Numbered from the stretch's first letter, positions 1-8,988 are shown. The stretch is 16,417 nt of DNA from Candidatus Hodarchaeota archaeon (GCA_016839785.1 JAEOTQ010000180.1:1-16417); one strand, 5' to 3'. Notes: a model not told the origin generated them from the letters alone. A program made the numbers and translations.

Positions 1-305
1 GAAATATTCTCCCCTTCAATCCACTCTTTGGAAAAATTCTGATTTTCAATCTCCCATAGTCCATCAATATTTACTGTGTGAACAACCATCCGTCTTGTAT
101 TTTCTATTGCTTCGGATCCAGGAATACGTGATCCTAATTGAACTTGATCTTCAATTAATTCATAAGCTTTAGTTTTATTAAAATATAGATTGGAGGTAAA
201 TGTTAAATCGGTATTTACCACACTTTGTATACCCAATCCAGAATTAAAAGACATGGGGATAGCTAGGATGAGAATAAATACTAGGGTGCTAGTTCTGTCA
301 CACAT
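1..305 (-). CDS. M28 family peptidase / glutaminyl cyclase-like protein with N-terminal signal or anchor (partial, runs off the window)
   Basis: Not in the ORF track. Manual translation from ATG 305-303 is open to the window edge: MCDRTSTLVFILILAIPMSFNSGLGIQSVVNTDLTFTSNLYFNKTKAYELIEDQVQLGSRIPGSEAIENTRRMVV... The hydrophobic N-terminus is followed by FN-x3-AY-x5-Q-x2-LG-x-R-x-PGS, typical of the N-terminus of M28/QC-like proteins. Overlaps the upstream stop codon (ATGTGTGA). Confidence 0.7.
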   Translation of the reverse strand, partial: MCDRTSTLVFILILAIPMSFNSGLGIQSVVNTDLTFTSNLYFNKTKAYELIEDQVQLGSRIPGSEAIENTRRMVVHTVNIDGLWEIENQNFSKEWIEGENI

Positions 306-1269
306 TATTGGACTCATCTAGTTTTGATTCTTCCCAATCTGCAACAATGTTTCGAGCATCATGAGCATATTTCACAGCCTTTTCCGAAAATTGAGGATCA
401 AACCTATCCATATCTACTGAAGTTTCAGCTTCTTTCACTTTTCTAATGTTTTCTTCAGCTAACTTCTCATATTCTTCCAAGTTTTCATTTTTTGCTGCAT
501 CTCGGGCAATTTTAAGGGCATCCAACGCTTCTTGGAAGTTCTGATCTTTTGCAGACAAAAGTCCTTTCGCAATTAAACTAGAGATCATTGCATCAATTTT
601 CTCAGATGCTAATGCTCGTTTCATTATTTCATCAATATCATTTAGATCTAAGTTAATAGTCTTTGATTGAGTTTTTTCATCAGTTTCAAAGGATTCTAAA
701 ATATTTGCAGTTTGAATTGCCTGATGTATAAACTCAGAGGTCTGTGATAGAGCTGTAGTAAGCTCACGTGATGATGATTGGATAATAGCTCCCATTTCTT
801 TTATTATCTTTTGACCTTCACCACCTATCTTGTCAATCAAAGAACCTACAATCCCTGGAAGTGTTCCTTTCTTATATTTCTCAATAGATTCTAATATTTG
901 GGTAAGTAGAAATTCAGGTGAATGATCAATGGGTTCCAAATAAACATTGACGAATACATCTTTTGATCCAAATCTCAGATGGACAACTTTAGATTTCTTG
1001 AACCAAGAACCGAGAGTAGCAACAGAAGAATACTGTAAGTCTTTCATGGGATAAGACCGACTAAGATTCTCATCAGATTTTTGTGGAGAAAATACAACCA
1101 TTGCTTCTTGGCATTTTACTACTCCTAATTCATTCTTAAGATCTGTAAACGGTTCCTCTTTCTTCAAAATTACCCGATATGATTTAATTTCCATCTGTAA
1201 CCCGATTTCAGGTGAAAATGTAGATCTTATTTGCTTTATGGTAACAACACTGGGGTAAATGATATTCAT
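298..1269 (-). CDS. Hypothetical protein; possible PH/GLUE-like N-terminal domain and helical (TPR/MIT-like) C-terminus; start may be 1194
   Basis: 323-aa ORF. A beta-rich segment ending in one amphipathic helix (aa ~26-133) is followed by helical sequence, including LIAKGLLSAKDQNFQEALDALKIARDAA. The ORF is credible; the domain calls are tentative. Confidence 0.6.
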   Translation of the reverse strand: MNIIYPSVVTIKQIRSTFSPEIGLQMEIKSYRVILKKEEPFTDLKNELGVVKCQEAMVVFSPQKSDENLSRSYPMKDLQYSSVATLGSWFKKSKVVHLRFGSKDVFVNVYLEPIDHSPEFLLTQILESIEKYKKGTLPGIVGSLIDKIGGEGQKIIKEMGAIIQSSSRELTTALSQTSEFIHQAIQTANILESFETDEKTQSKTINLDLNDIDEIMKRALASEKIDAMISSLIAKGLLSAKDQNFQEALDALKIARDAAKNENLEEYEKLAEENIRKVKEAETSVDMDRFDPQFSEKAVKYAHDARNIVADWEESKLDESNNV

Positions 1270-1321
1270 AATTAATTTAATGTTAAATCTATACCCCTTT
1301 ATTAAGAAGGAAGAGTAATCT

Positions 1322-1783
1322 GTGGCAAAAAATCAGGATACACCACATCAATATGACGAAGTATCATGCGGTGGAGTTCCAGTATATTTCAATTCGAATA
1401 ACAAGCCTGAATATTTACTAGTTCTACATAACACTCCTCACAAATATTGGGCATTCCCCAAAGGACGACAAAATGAAGGAGAAACTTATAAACAAACCGC
1501 AATTCGGGAGATTAGTGAGGAAACTGGAAATACCAACTTTAAAATCATCAAGCGTCTCATCAGTGACTCAATTTACTTTCCTAAACGGGGTACAAGAACA
1601 ATTATAAAGAAAGTCGTTTTTTTTCTTGTAAAATTTCAGACCAGAGAGATCAAGCTTTCATCAGAGCATGTTAACTGGACTTGGGCGACATTTGAAAAAG
1701 CATTATCTCTCTTAACATTTGATGATTATAAAAGAGTTCTACTGGAGTCAAATGAATTAATACTTAATGAACCATTTTTTTGA
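1322..1783 (+). CDS. NUDIX hydrolase, Ap4A hydrolase (bis(5'-nucleosyl)-tetraphosphatase)-like
   Basis: Nudix box GRQNEGETYKQTAIREISEETG preceded by WAFPKG. SCG near the N-terminus, KKVVFFL and LSSEH..W match the asymmetrical Ap4A hydrolase subfamily. Confidence 0.85.
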   Translation: MAKNQDTPHQYDEVSCGGVPVYFNSNNKPEYLLVLHNTPHKYWAFPKGRQNEGETYKQTAIREISEETGNTNFKIIKRLISDSIYFPKRGTRTIIKKVVFFLVKFQTREIKLSSEHVNWTWATFEKALSLLTFDDYKRVLLESNELILNEPFF

Positions 1784-1784
1784 T

Positions 1785-1803
1785 AAAAAAGAAAAAAAGA
1801 AAA
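1785..1803 (-). terminator. Oligo-T terminator between the convergent NUDIX and RDD genes
   Basis: A6-G-A7-G-A4 on the plus strand gives T-tracts on the minus strand just after the 1814 stop. Confidence 0.5.
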
Positions 1804-1813
1804 GGGATGGAGA

Positions 1814-3241
1814 TTAAAAGCGATTTGATACAAACTGAGTTGTCGCTTCCCTCTTTTGTTGTTTCTGAATAACGACCACTCGACTCCATTTTTGTGACAA
1901 TCTTTGGTTCATATCAGGAACTTGGGTTTCATTACGCACAATCCTACCAATAATAAAGTCAATAGGCAAGAAAAATGCTCTTCCTGCGCTACTGATTGCA
2001 AGATCTTGTAACAATGGACGTTCACCGGTGTTTTCAGAAATAACTTCCAAATTGAGTGCCATTTTCCCTAAGGTTTGGCCATAATAATTTTCCATTAGGA
2101 GTGTGTAAAGGAAGAACACCAGAGAGGAAGGACCAAGACTGAATAACCATTGGAAGGGACTAAAAACTCCAAATGACCACCAACTCCAATCACTAAAAGT
2201 AAAAAATAGGATAGAAGTGAAAGCACTTGTTATTGCACTAACTATGAAGAAATCAATCACCAAAGCCCAAAATCTTGGACCCCAGTCGGCTATAACGAGT
2301 TTTGTGCCACTAGGTTCAAAAGATTCTAACTTTGACGATTTTACCGCAGTATCAACTGATTTTCTATCTTCTGACAGCAGAATCTCTCCACATTGAGAGC
2401 AAAATGTACTGTCAGCTTCACTTATTGATCCACAGTTAGAACACTGAAGTTGATAGTTCGAAGGGGTTTTTACAATAGGTTCTACACGCGTTGTCATTGC
2501 TCCCTGATAATATCGTGTTCTTTTAGCTCCTCGAGGTTTAGATCGTAAGCCACTCCAGATGATAATGATCCCTAATAGTAAGAATAATCCTCCAAAAACG
2601 GTTAAAACCCAACCAATTACATTAATGATAGGAACACGTGCTCCAATGCTGAACGTAAGGTCAACTTTATTACCTAATCCCATATCAGCATTCATCATGA
2701 TTAATGTAAGAGTCCCTACCGTCAAATCTGAATAAGATGGAGACCAAATAAATTCTTTACCGCTTGATCCACCCAAACGCCAATTGGCATCAGTAGGAGC
2801 AGGAATTCTAGGTGTTGCGTCTGTAATAACAGGTTCCATGCTTATTGCAGAACCAGATTCCTCTGAATTAAATGGGAAACTATCTGAGAAGTCAAGATTA
2901 GTGATTCTTAGATAAGAAACATTCTCTAAGAATATATTAGCTTGCTCATCAGTTGTCAATCCCAAGAATACATCATCATTTATTTCCCCAAAAACATTTA
3001 ATTTGAGGGTAACAAAATCCGAAGGATCGATCTGTATACCGAGCTGGACGTTATCTAATGGAATATCCAATCTAACCGCAGTTACAGTATCGTCGATGAT
3101 ATGATAACTAGGTGATATGAAATAACCTTGATCATCCGCAAATACGGGTGTAACGAGTAGAACTGCAGATCCACCAAGAAAAATAGGAAATCCAATTAGA
3201 GCAATAATAATTCCAGCAACAAGTTTAATTGTACTTGCCAT
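1814..3241 (-). CDS. Membrane protein: extracytoplasmic domain + zinc ribbon + RDD domain
   Basis: Order of parts: N-terminal TM, ~170-aa external domain (DDQGYFISP...VFLGL...IMMNAD), second TM, CSNCG-x7-FCSQCG ribbon, then RDD motifs ADWGPRFWALVID, GQTLGKMALNLEV and QRL. Confidence 0.85.
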   Translation of the reverse strand: MASTIKLVAGIIIALIGFPIFLGGSAVLLVTPVFADDQGYFISPSYHIIDDTVTAVRLDIPLDNVQLGIQIDPSDFVTLKLNVFGEINDDVFLGLTTDEQANIFLENVSYLRITNLDFSDSFPFNSEESGSAISMEPVITDATPRIPAPTDANWRLGGSSGKEFIWSPSYSDLTVGTLTLIMMNADMGLGNKVDLTFSIGARVPIINVIGWVLTVFGGLFLLLGIIIIWSGLRSKPRGAKRTRYYQGAMTTRVEPIVKTPSNYQLQCSNCGSISEADSTFCSQCGEILLSEDRKSVDTAVKSSKLESFEPSGTKLVIADWGPRFWALVIDFFIVSAITSAFTSILFFTFSDWSWWSFGVFSPFQWLFSLGPSSLVFFLYTLLMENYYGQTLGKMALNLEVISENTGERPLLQDLAISSAGRAFFLPIDFIIGRIVRNETQVPDMNQRLSQKWSRVVVIQKQQKREATTQFVSNRF

Positions 3242-3303
3242 AATATCAATTCCAATATTAGAAATACTTTATTTACTGACCACAAAAGGTGAATTATATA
3301 ATC

Positions 3304-3630
3304 TTAGCTAACGGCATCGTATATGCCAGATTCCCGCTGCTTGTACTTCTTAAGTGTGTTTAATAGCGCTTTTTCCAAATTAATACCGAAATTGTTAGTT
3401 AAACAAAGTAAAGCAAATAGTAAATCACCACTTTCCTCTTCAATATCTTGGATCATTGCAGGAGAAATGGTTGAAGCTCCTTCTTCCCTTATTCCAGCAA
3501 AAACTTGCATTGCTCGTGACAATTCACCCACCTCTTCGATTATAGCTGAAAGAAGCCAAGCTGGCTCCCAGTATCCACCATGTTTGTTGATGAAAGAATC
3601 AATTTCAGCAGCTAATTTTGTCAAATCCAT
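3304..3630 (-). CDS. MazG-like nucleotide pyrophosphohydrolase (YpjD-like)
   Basis: GGYW, IIEEVGELSR, IEEESGDLLF, NNFGINL and K-Y-x2-R motifs. The ATG at 3630 (MDLTKL) is preferred over 3669. Confidence 0.9.
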   Translation of the reverse strand: MDLTKLAAEIDSFINKHGGYWEPAWLLSAIIEEVGELSRAMQVFAGIREEGASTISPAMIQDIEEESGDLLFALLCLTNNFGINLEKALLNTLKKYKQRESGIYDAVS

Positions 3631-3745
3631 ATTCTTGCCCCTAAATCGATGAAAAATGAAGTTAATCAAGAAAAGGCCATTGTTTTAGCTTCAGTACGAA
3701 GTGCATATAAACGCCCTTTTGATTACAGCTTTTGAGGTTCTATTA

Positions 3746-5119
3746 ATGAGTTACGTTGAGAAAGCATTCTGGGATTATCTCAAGTCTACTTTATTCGGTG
3801 GGGTACGTATTCTTCTTTCCCGCCAATTTATTTTATTCTCTGTCATTCTATTTGTGATTTCGGTATCTACAACAGGTTTAGTTGTTATGCAAGATCAAGC
3901 TTCTGAACTAATAACGCCAGAACTAATCGATATCGCATTCAGTCTTGAAATCAGCCTAGCAATTGGTTTCATTCTCTCTGGTCTTGTTGCTAAAAGATTG
4001 AATTTCATTTCACGCTTAATTCTGATGCTTGTCATCGTTGTGTTAGTTTTTATTCTCTCTCTTCTTTCAACCGAGATTGCCTTATTAAATGATTTTACTG
4101 ATTTATTTATAGAAGTGTTTCCCCTATTGGCTTTCTTTTGTTGGTCTTTCTTAATTCCTGTTGCATCATTTGCTTTTGCCAAAGGTATGTTTTCAAATAA
4201 AGTAACAGGTAGCATTTTATTTTTGGGCAAACCTAAGACTGAAAGAAAATCCATATTTTCTGGAGTTTTAACCATAATAGCGGTCTTTTCTCTTATTGGT
4301 AATGGTTTAATGATTTATGCGGGAATGATGGATTCTAGAGTTAGCTATGTTGTTTTAGGAATCTTTGCGTTTGCAGTTTCTGTAATAGTGATAATAATTG
4401 TACAGGGATTCTTATTCTCTGATGATATTTTCAACTCTGTCTTAGGTCTTTTCTTTGTCATGCTTCTGCCTAATCAAATGATGATTGTGTTAACCTCCAT
4501 CAGTGGTTCTGAAAATATCATAACCAGTTTTGACTTTTTACTCGTTGCTTTTACTCTTCTATATAGTGCGCAAAGTATCTCTCGCAGGATTAAACTTAAA
4601 GGCGTAGTTATAGATGAATCAGGAAAAGTAAAAAATGTGAAGGGTGATGATCCCTTCAGAATAGGTCGTTTCATAGGATTCGTAGGAGGCGAAGGTATCG
4701 TTCTTATCTATCTAGGACTTGCACTTGGATTTCATCTGATACAACTCCAAATTTTGAATAATACTGCAGGAATTTATGAAGAATTGTTTTCTGAACTAAG
4801 TTTTTCAGAGGCCTATCATGATATCACTTCCATGTTTTCCTTTCTAATCTTTGGGATTGTAACATTGACGTACTTCTTACAACGAGGGAGAGGATACTGG
4901 GAAGCGGACATTCTGCGACTTGATTTTCTCCCCCCCTATGATGAGCTAAAGGATTATATGGAAAGAGTGAAAAATGGCGAGATCTCAAAAACAGAGCTTG
5001 CTTTAACCGTTGGTAAGAAAGTGGGAAAATCTGCAGTTAATGCGGGGAGTGCGGGTATATTTTCTGCAGCAAGAATGTTTCGTGATAGAATTTTCAAAGA
5101 CTCAGATAAAAAGGAATGA
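3746..5119 (+). CDS. Uncharacterised multi-pass membrane protein (~11-12 TM)
   Basis: Long ORF with many hydrophobic spans. GAGGT at 3734-3738 precedes ATG 3746, favouring it over GTG 3701. No family recognised. Confidence 0.75.
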   Translation: MSYVEKAFWDYLKSTLFGGVRILLSRQFILFSVILFVISVSTTGLVVMQDQASELITPELIDIAFSLEISLAIGFILSGLVAKRLNFISRLILMLVIVVLVFILSLLSTEIALLNDFTDLFIEVFPLLAFFCWSFLIPVASFAFAKGMFSNKVTGSILFLGKPKTERKSIFSGVLTIIAVFSLIGNGLMIYAGMMDSRVSYVVLGIFAFAVSVIVIIIVQGFLFSDDIFNSVLGLFFVMLLPNQMMIVLTSISGSENIITSFDFLLVAFTLLYSAQSISRRIKLKGVVIDESGKVKNVKGDDPFRIGRFIGFVGGEGIVLIYLGLALGFHLIQLQILNNTAGIYEELFSELSFSEAYHDITSMFSFLIFGIVTLTYFLQRGRGYWEADILRLDFLPPYDELKDYMERVKNGEISKTELALTVGKKVGKSAVNAGSAGIFSAARMFRDRIFKDSDKKE

Positions 5120-5127
5120 TCTTGGGA

Positions 5128-5973
5128 TTATTCCTTTCTTTTAGTTTCAAAATCGGCCTTAGCTTCAGGGTTAGTACTTGTACTTCCCCTTGAAATTATG
5201 TTATGTTTATGAATTGACTCCAATGAAGTTGTAGATGCTTCTATGTTGAGTTCCAATTCTTTAAACTCCTGAGCTGCGTTTATTAAAAGGTTTCGAGTTA
5301 CATCTTCAACAAAAAGCGGATTTTCATACATTCTGTTTACTACCCACTGTTCATCTTCTTGTTTTAATAAGGAAAAAGACGGTGCAGAAAAGCTCTGATC
5401 CAGAATTTTACTTATAATTTCCATATCAGGAATTTCCGAAGTGTTTCCTTTTAAGGTAAGCTCTGCATATGCTCTCTGAATATGAGTTCTATTTTGGGGA
5501 TTGTTTGCTAGAGCATGAGGACAAGCTGTGCTCCCCGACGTGCCCAATGAAAGTTCATGAGCTACTGATCCATTTTTCCAATATGTAACTAGTTGACCTT
5601 GGTAGTTTTCAAGTGATTTTCGCTTTGATACTGGTGTGAGCCGAGGAGTAAAGAATTCGAAGGACAAAGTAATCATTCCAGTCTCGAATGGATGACGGGT
5701 GAATAATTCCTGCAGAACTTGGACAGACATTTCCTCCAATGAGAAAAACGAGTCTGTTTTACTTGATAATATTTCTGAAATCGATTCAATAAACCTAGAC
5801 ATATGGACGCCCTTTTTGGAAGGGGGTAGATTTATTACAACTTTGATATTCGTAGTATATCTGTAAATCTTTGTTCCTCTGCTGATAGAAATTTGAGTTC
5901 GAAAATCAGTTATCCCTACCTCATCCAATGATAATAATACATTTGGAGGTTGATCTTGTGTTTCTAAATTCAT
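5128..5973 (-). CDS. mptA: GTP cyclohydrolase MptA / FolE2 family
   Basis: Family motifs VGI, KGVHMSRF, TACPHA, THIQR, NPLFVEDVTR and ESIHKHN. Confidence 0.92.
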   Translation of the reverse strand: MNLETQDQPPNVLLSLDEVGITDFRTQISISRGTKIYRYTTNIKVVINLPPSKKGVHMSRFIESISEILSSKTDSFFSLEEMSVQVLQELFTRHPFETGMITLSFEFFTPRLTPVSKRKSLENYQGQLVTYWKNGSVAHELSLGTSGSTACPHALANNPQNRTHIQRAYAELTLKGNTSEIPDMEIISKILDQSFSAPSFSLLKQEDEQWVVNRMYENPLFVEDVTRNLLINAAQEFKELELNIEASTTSLESIHKHNIISRGSTSTNPEAKADFETKRKE

Positions 5974-6170
5974 GAAAGGGGCTCCTCAATATCATTTTAC
6001 TTGATAACAGACATTCAACAGGAAGTAAATGGTTTCTTATAATTATTTTCAGTCCTAATAATTCCATGGGAGATTTCTTCAAATAAGATTAGTTCTTTGT
6101 TTCATAATCCTTTAACGGAAAAAAGCTAATAAGTAAGTGGTTAACTGCTTAGAGAAGGAGAAAAATTAGT

Positions 6171-6290
6171 ATGAAGACAATTGGAGTTTTAGGCGTAGGA
6201 ATAATGGCGAATGGAATAGCTCTGGTATCTGCGGTCTCAAGTTACAAAGTGATTCTTCATGATATTAATTAAAAATTTATAAATCAAGGA
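6171..6290 (+). pseudogene. Remnant of 3-hydroxyacyl-CoA (3-hydroxybutyryl-CoA) dehydrogenase NAD-binding N-terminus
   Basis: AGGAG at 6156-6160, ATG 6171, translation MKTIGVLGVGIMANGIALVSAVSSYKVILHDIN*KFINQG. It matches the family pattern IGVLGAGxMGxGIAxxxAxxGYxVxLxD and continues plausibly past the in-frame TAA (6270-6272) before similarity ends. Confidence 0.8.
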
Positions 6291-6379
6291 CATTTACTAT
6301 GAGCAGATATCATTTCTGAATAACCACAATCATCACATTCTTTAACGTGACTTCATTAAAAATTGTGTATGGGAAAAAT

Positions 6380-8071
6380 ATGGACTTTCCAAAGGTAATT
6401 AGCATTTATTCGCGGACTTCAAGCGTTGGTAAACAAACCTTAGCCCTAAATGTATTCTTGTCATATATAAAGTCTAATCCTGGTACGAGAATACTGATTG
6501 TTGACTTTTCACTGACAGAAAAACTGCGATATAGCCTTTCAAAGTACGGAAAGTCACACTTTAATAGTACAGAGTTCATCAGCGAAATTTCAGATGATAT
6601 TCTAGTTAAAGAGTCTCTTCTCTTGCATGAAGAAGAAAGTCAAGGATCATTCGTTAGGGTACTCCCTTCTGCAGGCTGTCAACTAAATGAAAGTGGTCTA
6701 CCTGGCAAGATTAGACATCGTGTAAATTCTTTATTCTTCAAAGATATTATTGATATATTAGTATTTATTATTCCAACGACGCTAGAAGAAAAATCAATTT
6801 CGATGGCAACACTATTAGAAAGCGAAATGGTATGGTTCATCTCAACAGATAAATATCCTTCAATAAATTTAACCAGATCTTCTATACAAAACTTTTTTCA
6901 TTTCCTAACAGTGCCAACATTATTGATTGTGAACATGGTCCATCCCCCAATGATTTTGGAAAAAGTGGATATGTTCTTGAAGAAAATTGAAAATAAGGTA
7001 CGGGGGCCAGTTTTTTATGTCATTCCCTGGATTCAAGATATTCACGATTTTACAGATCTCGGGGTTTTCAGTTTAGAAAATCCAAATTCTAATGTGAATG
7101 GAATCTACCTTGATTTCATAGAAAAACTAAAGAGTGCGGTTGAAATTCGAAATCTTGGTTCAATCGAACCTAAATCAATAACTTCTCCCCAAGCATTGTT
7201 TATGACAGATAGATACTCAGGATCAACAATGTATTATCATTTCTTTGGTAAAGCTCAAGATGAAATGAAAAATCCCGCCTTGATTACTGCTGCATTAAGT
7301 AGTATCGCTCATATGATATCTGAAACGGCAGGAAAAAGTGGAGATCTTCTAGGTATTGATAATGGTAATTCATATATTGACTTTCAGTATGGAAAAAATA
7401 TTATAGGCATCCTTTACAGTACAAAGGAGGATAAAACACTTTCTAGCCTATTACTGACATTTACAACTCGCTTTGAAGATGAATTTCAAGAGACAATCCA
7501 AGATTTTTCGAATACTGGAAGAATTGGGGGATTTACAAAGGCAAAAGCTCTTGTTACCAAAGTCTTTGAGGATTGGATCTTTGAGATAAATACTGTGAAT
7601 CCTCAACTAAGGGAAAATATACTAAATTTTCAAGAGAATAGTCAGCAACTCCGAGTGGATCCTGAAGAAACGTTTCAAAATTATGTAACAGAAAATATTG
7701 CAGATATGAACATCCACAATTTACTCTATTACGAATTTACTACCTCTCATAATCAAAGACATGAATTTCTTCTGAATTTGGGAATAAACCCACGACAAAA
7801 GAAAATGATCATCGAAGAAGAAATAGGGAGCTCCCTTTGTTCTTGCACTGAACCACCAAAATATGTACAAATACAAGGTTTCGATGCTTTGGGTTTACTT
7901 GATCTCCCAGAAAAGCTACGCCCAACAGCTAGAGCGCTCTTTGCGTCTAAAATTCTCACTCCAGAATCAGCTTCAAAAATTACCTTTAGAGATCAAAATA
8001 CTGAGTTAGAAGTACTAGAGGAATTAACAAGACTGGGATATATGCGAAAAATCACACCGAATGATGAGTAA
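6380..8071 (+). CDS. Multidomain protein: degenerate MinD/ParA-like domain + longin-like domain + C-terminal winged helix
   Basis: KVISIYSRTSSVGKQTLALN (deviant Walker A), ILIVDF, LLIVNMV and VIPW...ENPNS follow MinD order. LFMTDRYSGSTMYYHFF...PALITAALSSI...FTTRFEDEF fits the longin pattern common in Asgard archaea. LTPESASKITFR...LEELTRLGYMRK is wHTH-like. ATG 6380 is preferred to GTG 6347. Confidence 0.75.
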   Translation: MDFPKVISIYSRTSSVGKQTLALNVFLSYIKSNPGTRILIVDFSLTEKLRYSLSKYGKSHFNSTEFISEISDDILVKESLLLHEEESQGSFVRVLPSAGCQLNESGLPGKIRHRVNSLFFKDIIDILVFIIPTTLEEKSISMATLLESEMVWFISTDKYPSINLTRSSIQNFFHFLTVPTLLIVNMVHPPMILEKVDMFLKKIENKVRGPVFYVIPWIQDIHDFTDLGVFSLENPNSNVNGIYLDFIEKLKSAVEIRNLGSIEPKSITSPQALFMTDRYSGSTMYYHFFGKAQDEMKNPALITAALSSIAHMISETAGKSGDLLGIDNGNSYIDFQYGKNIIGILYSTKEDKTLSSLLLTFTTRFEDEFQETIQDFSNTGRIGGFTKAKALVTKVFEDWIFEINTVNPQLRENILNFQENSQQLRVDPEETFQNYVTENIADMNIHNLLYYEFTTSHNQRHEFLLNLGINPRQKKMIIEEEIGSSLCSCTEPPKYVQIQGFDALGLLDLPEKLRPTARALFASKILTPESASKITFRDQNTELEVLEELTRLGYMRKITPNDE

Positions 8072-8084
8072 GCAGTGGAAGCAG

Positions 8085-8092
8085 TTTTTTTT
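8085..8092 (+). terminator. Oligo-T terminator
   Basis: T8 tract 13 nt after the 8071 stop. Confidence 0.5.
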
Positions 8093-8214
8093 ACGATATT
8101 ATTGTCATAAAGATTCTTTATCCGAGCTGCATCAGATGATATATATGTGCTAGAAGAATGGAGATTCTAAACTGATTTTAAACGGTCATACTTACAAAAA
8201 CGCGTACTAACGAG

Positions 8215-8961
8215 GTGAAAAAGAAGTTGGTTAGACAACACACGGACTACGCTAGTTTAAAGGTTGAAGATATGATTAAGGATCGACGAGTTTCCCCTCA
8301 GCAAGATTATGAAAAAATAATCAAGAATAAGAGCTTAGTTCAGGAAATTCTTGGTCGAGTTCGTGGAAGTGAAGCGAGTAAACCCGAAGTTGATTCGACG
8401 ATTAAATGGCTTGAAAAAGTGTCTAAATACGTTCCAATTGCATCAGATAAGCAATTAGAAGAAATTGTAAAAATTATGGTTTTGTTGAGTAAGGAAAGAG
8501 CCAAGTTTAATGAGCTTTATGATAAACCAGGCCTTGATTTGATGAAGCGTGTTCGAGAAGGAATGATTCGTTACATGGTTGTGTTAAGCGAACTTAGAGC
8601 CAAACGAAATGAGTTCTTAGAGCATTGGTTTACCGATGAATATTGGATCGGCGAATGGAGTCGAATCCTCCTTGATCTAGCACCTGATAATAATATGATA
8701 AAATATGGATTTGATGATATTAAGGCAAGGGACTTTTTATTCCTCTTGGAATTAGAATTAGCCGCTGCTGATGATGCTTCAAAAGTTGAAAAGCCTATGA
8801 TTCGTTTACAACCTATTGAGAACAAAGATTCGTTTTTGATTATCCCAACTGAGGTTGCAGCGGAAGATTATAGAATATATGTTGATCGAATATTTAAAGG
8901 AGAAATTACTTTCACACAATGGGTAGGTGATACCAGCATTTCGTTAAAAATACCCAGTTAA
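8215..8961 (+). CDS. Hypothetical, mostly alpha-helical soluble protein
   Basis: 248-aa ORF with no recognised family. The GTG at 8215 lies inside an SD-like GAGGTGA (8212-8218), so the true start may be the in-frame TTG at 8227. Confidence 0.75.
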   Translation: MKKKLVRQHTDYASLKVEDMIKDRRVSPQQDYEKIIKNKSLVQEILGRVRGSEASKPEVDSTIKWLEKVSKYVPIASDKQLEEIVKIMVLLSKERAKFNELYDKPGLDLMKRVREGMIRYMVVLSELRAKRNEFLEHWFTDEYWIGEWSRILLDLAPDNNMIKYGFDDIKARDFLFLLELELAAADDASKVEKPMIRLQPIENKDSFLIIPTEVAAEDYRIYVDRIFKGEITFTQWVGDTSISLKIPS

Positions 8962-8988
8962 GACTAAATTAAAAGAAAGGTGAAATGA

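Noticed and set aside
3323-3652. 109-aa plus-strand ORF
   Set aside because: Antisense shadow of the MazG-like gene; no motifs.
3895-4674. Minus-strand ORFs 3895-4275 and 4474-4674
   Set aside because: Antisense to the membrane protein gene; Lys/Asn-rich mirror of hydrophobic codons.
7753-8825. Minus-strand ORFs 7753-7959 and 8571-8825
   Set aside because: Short and fully inside longer opposite-strand genes.
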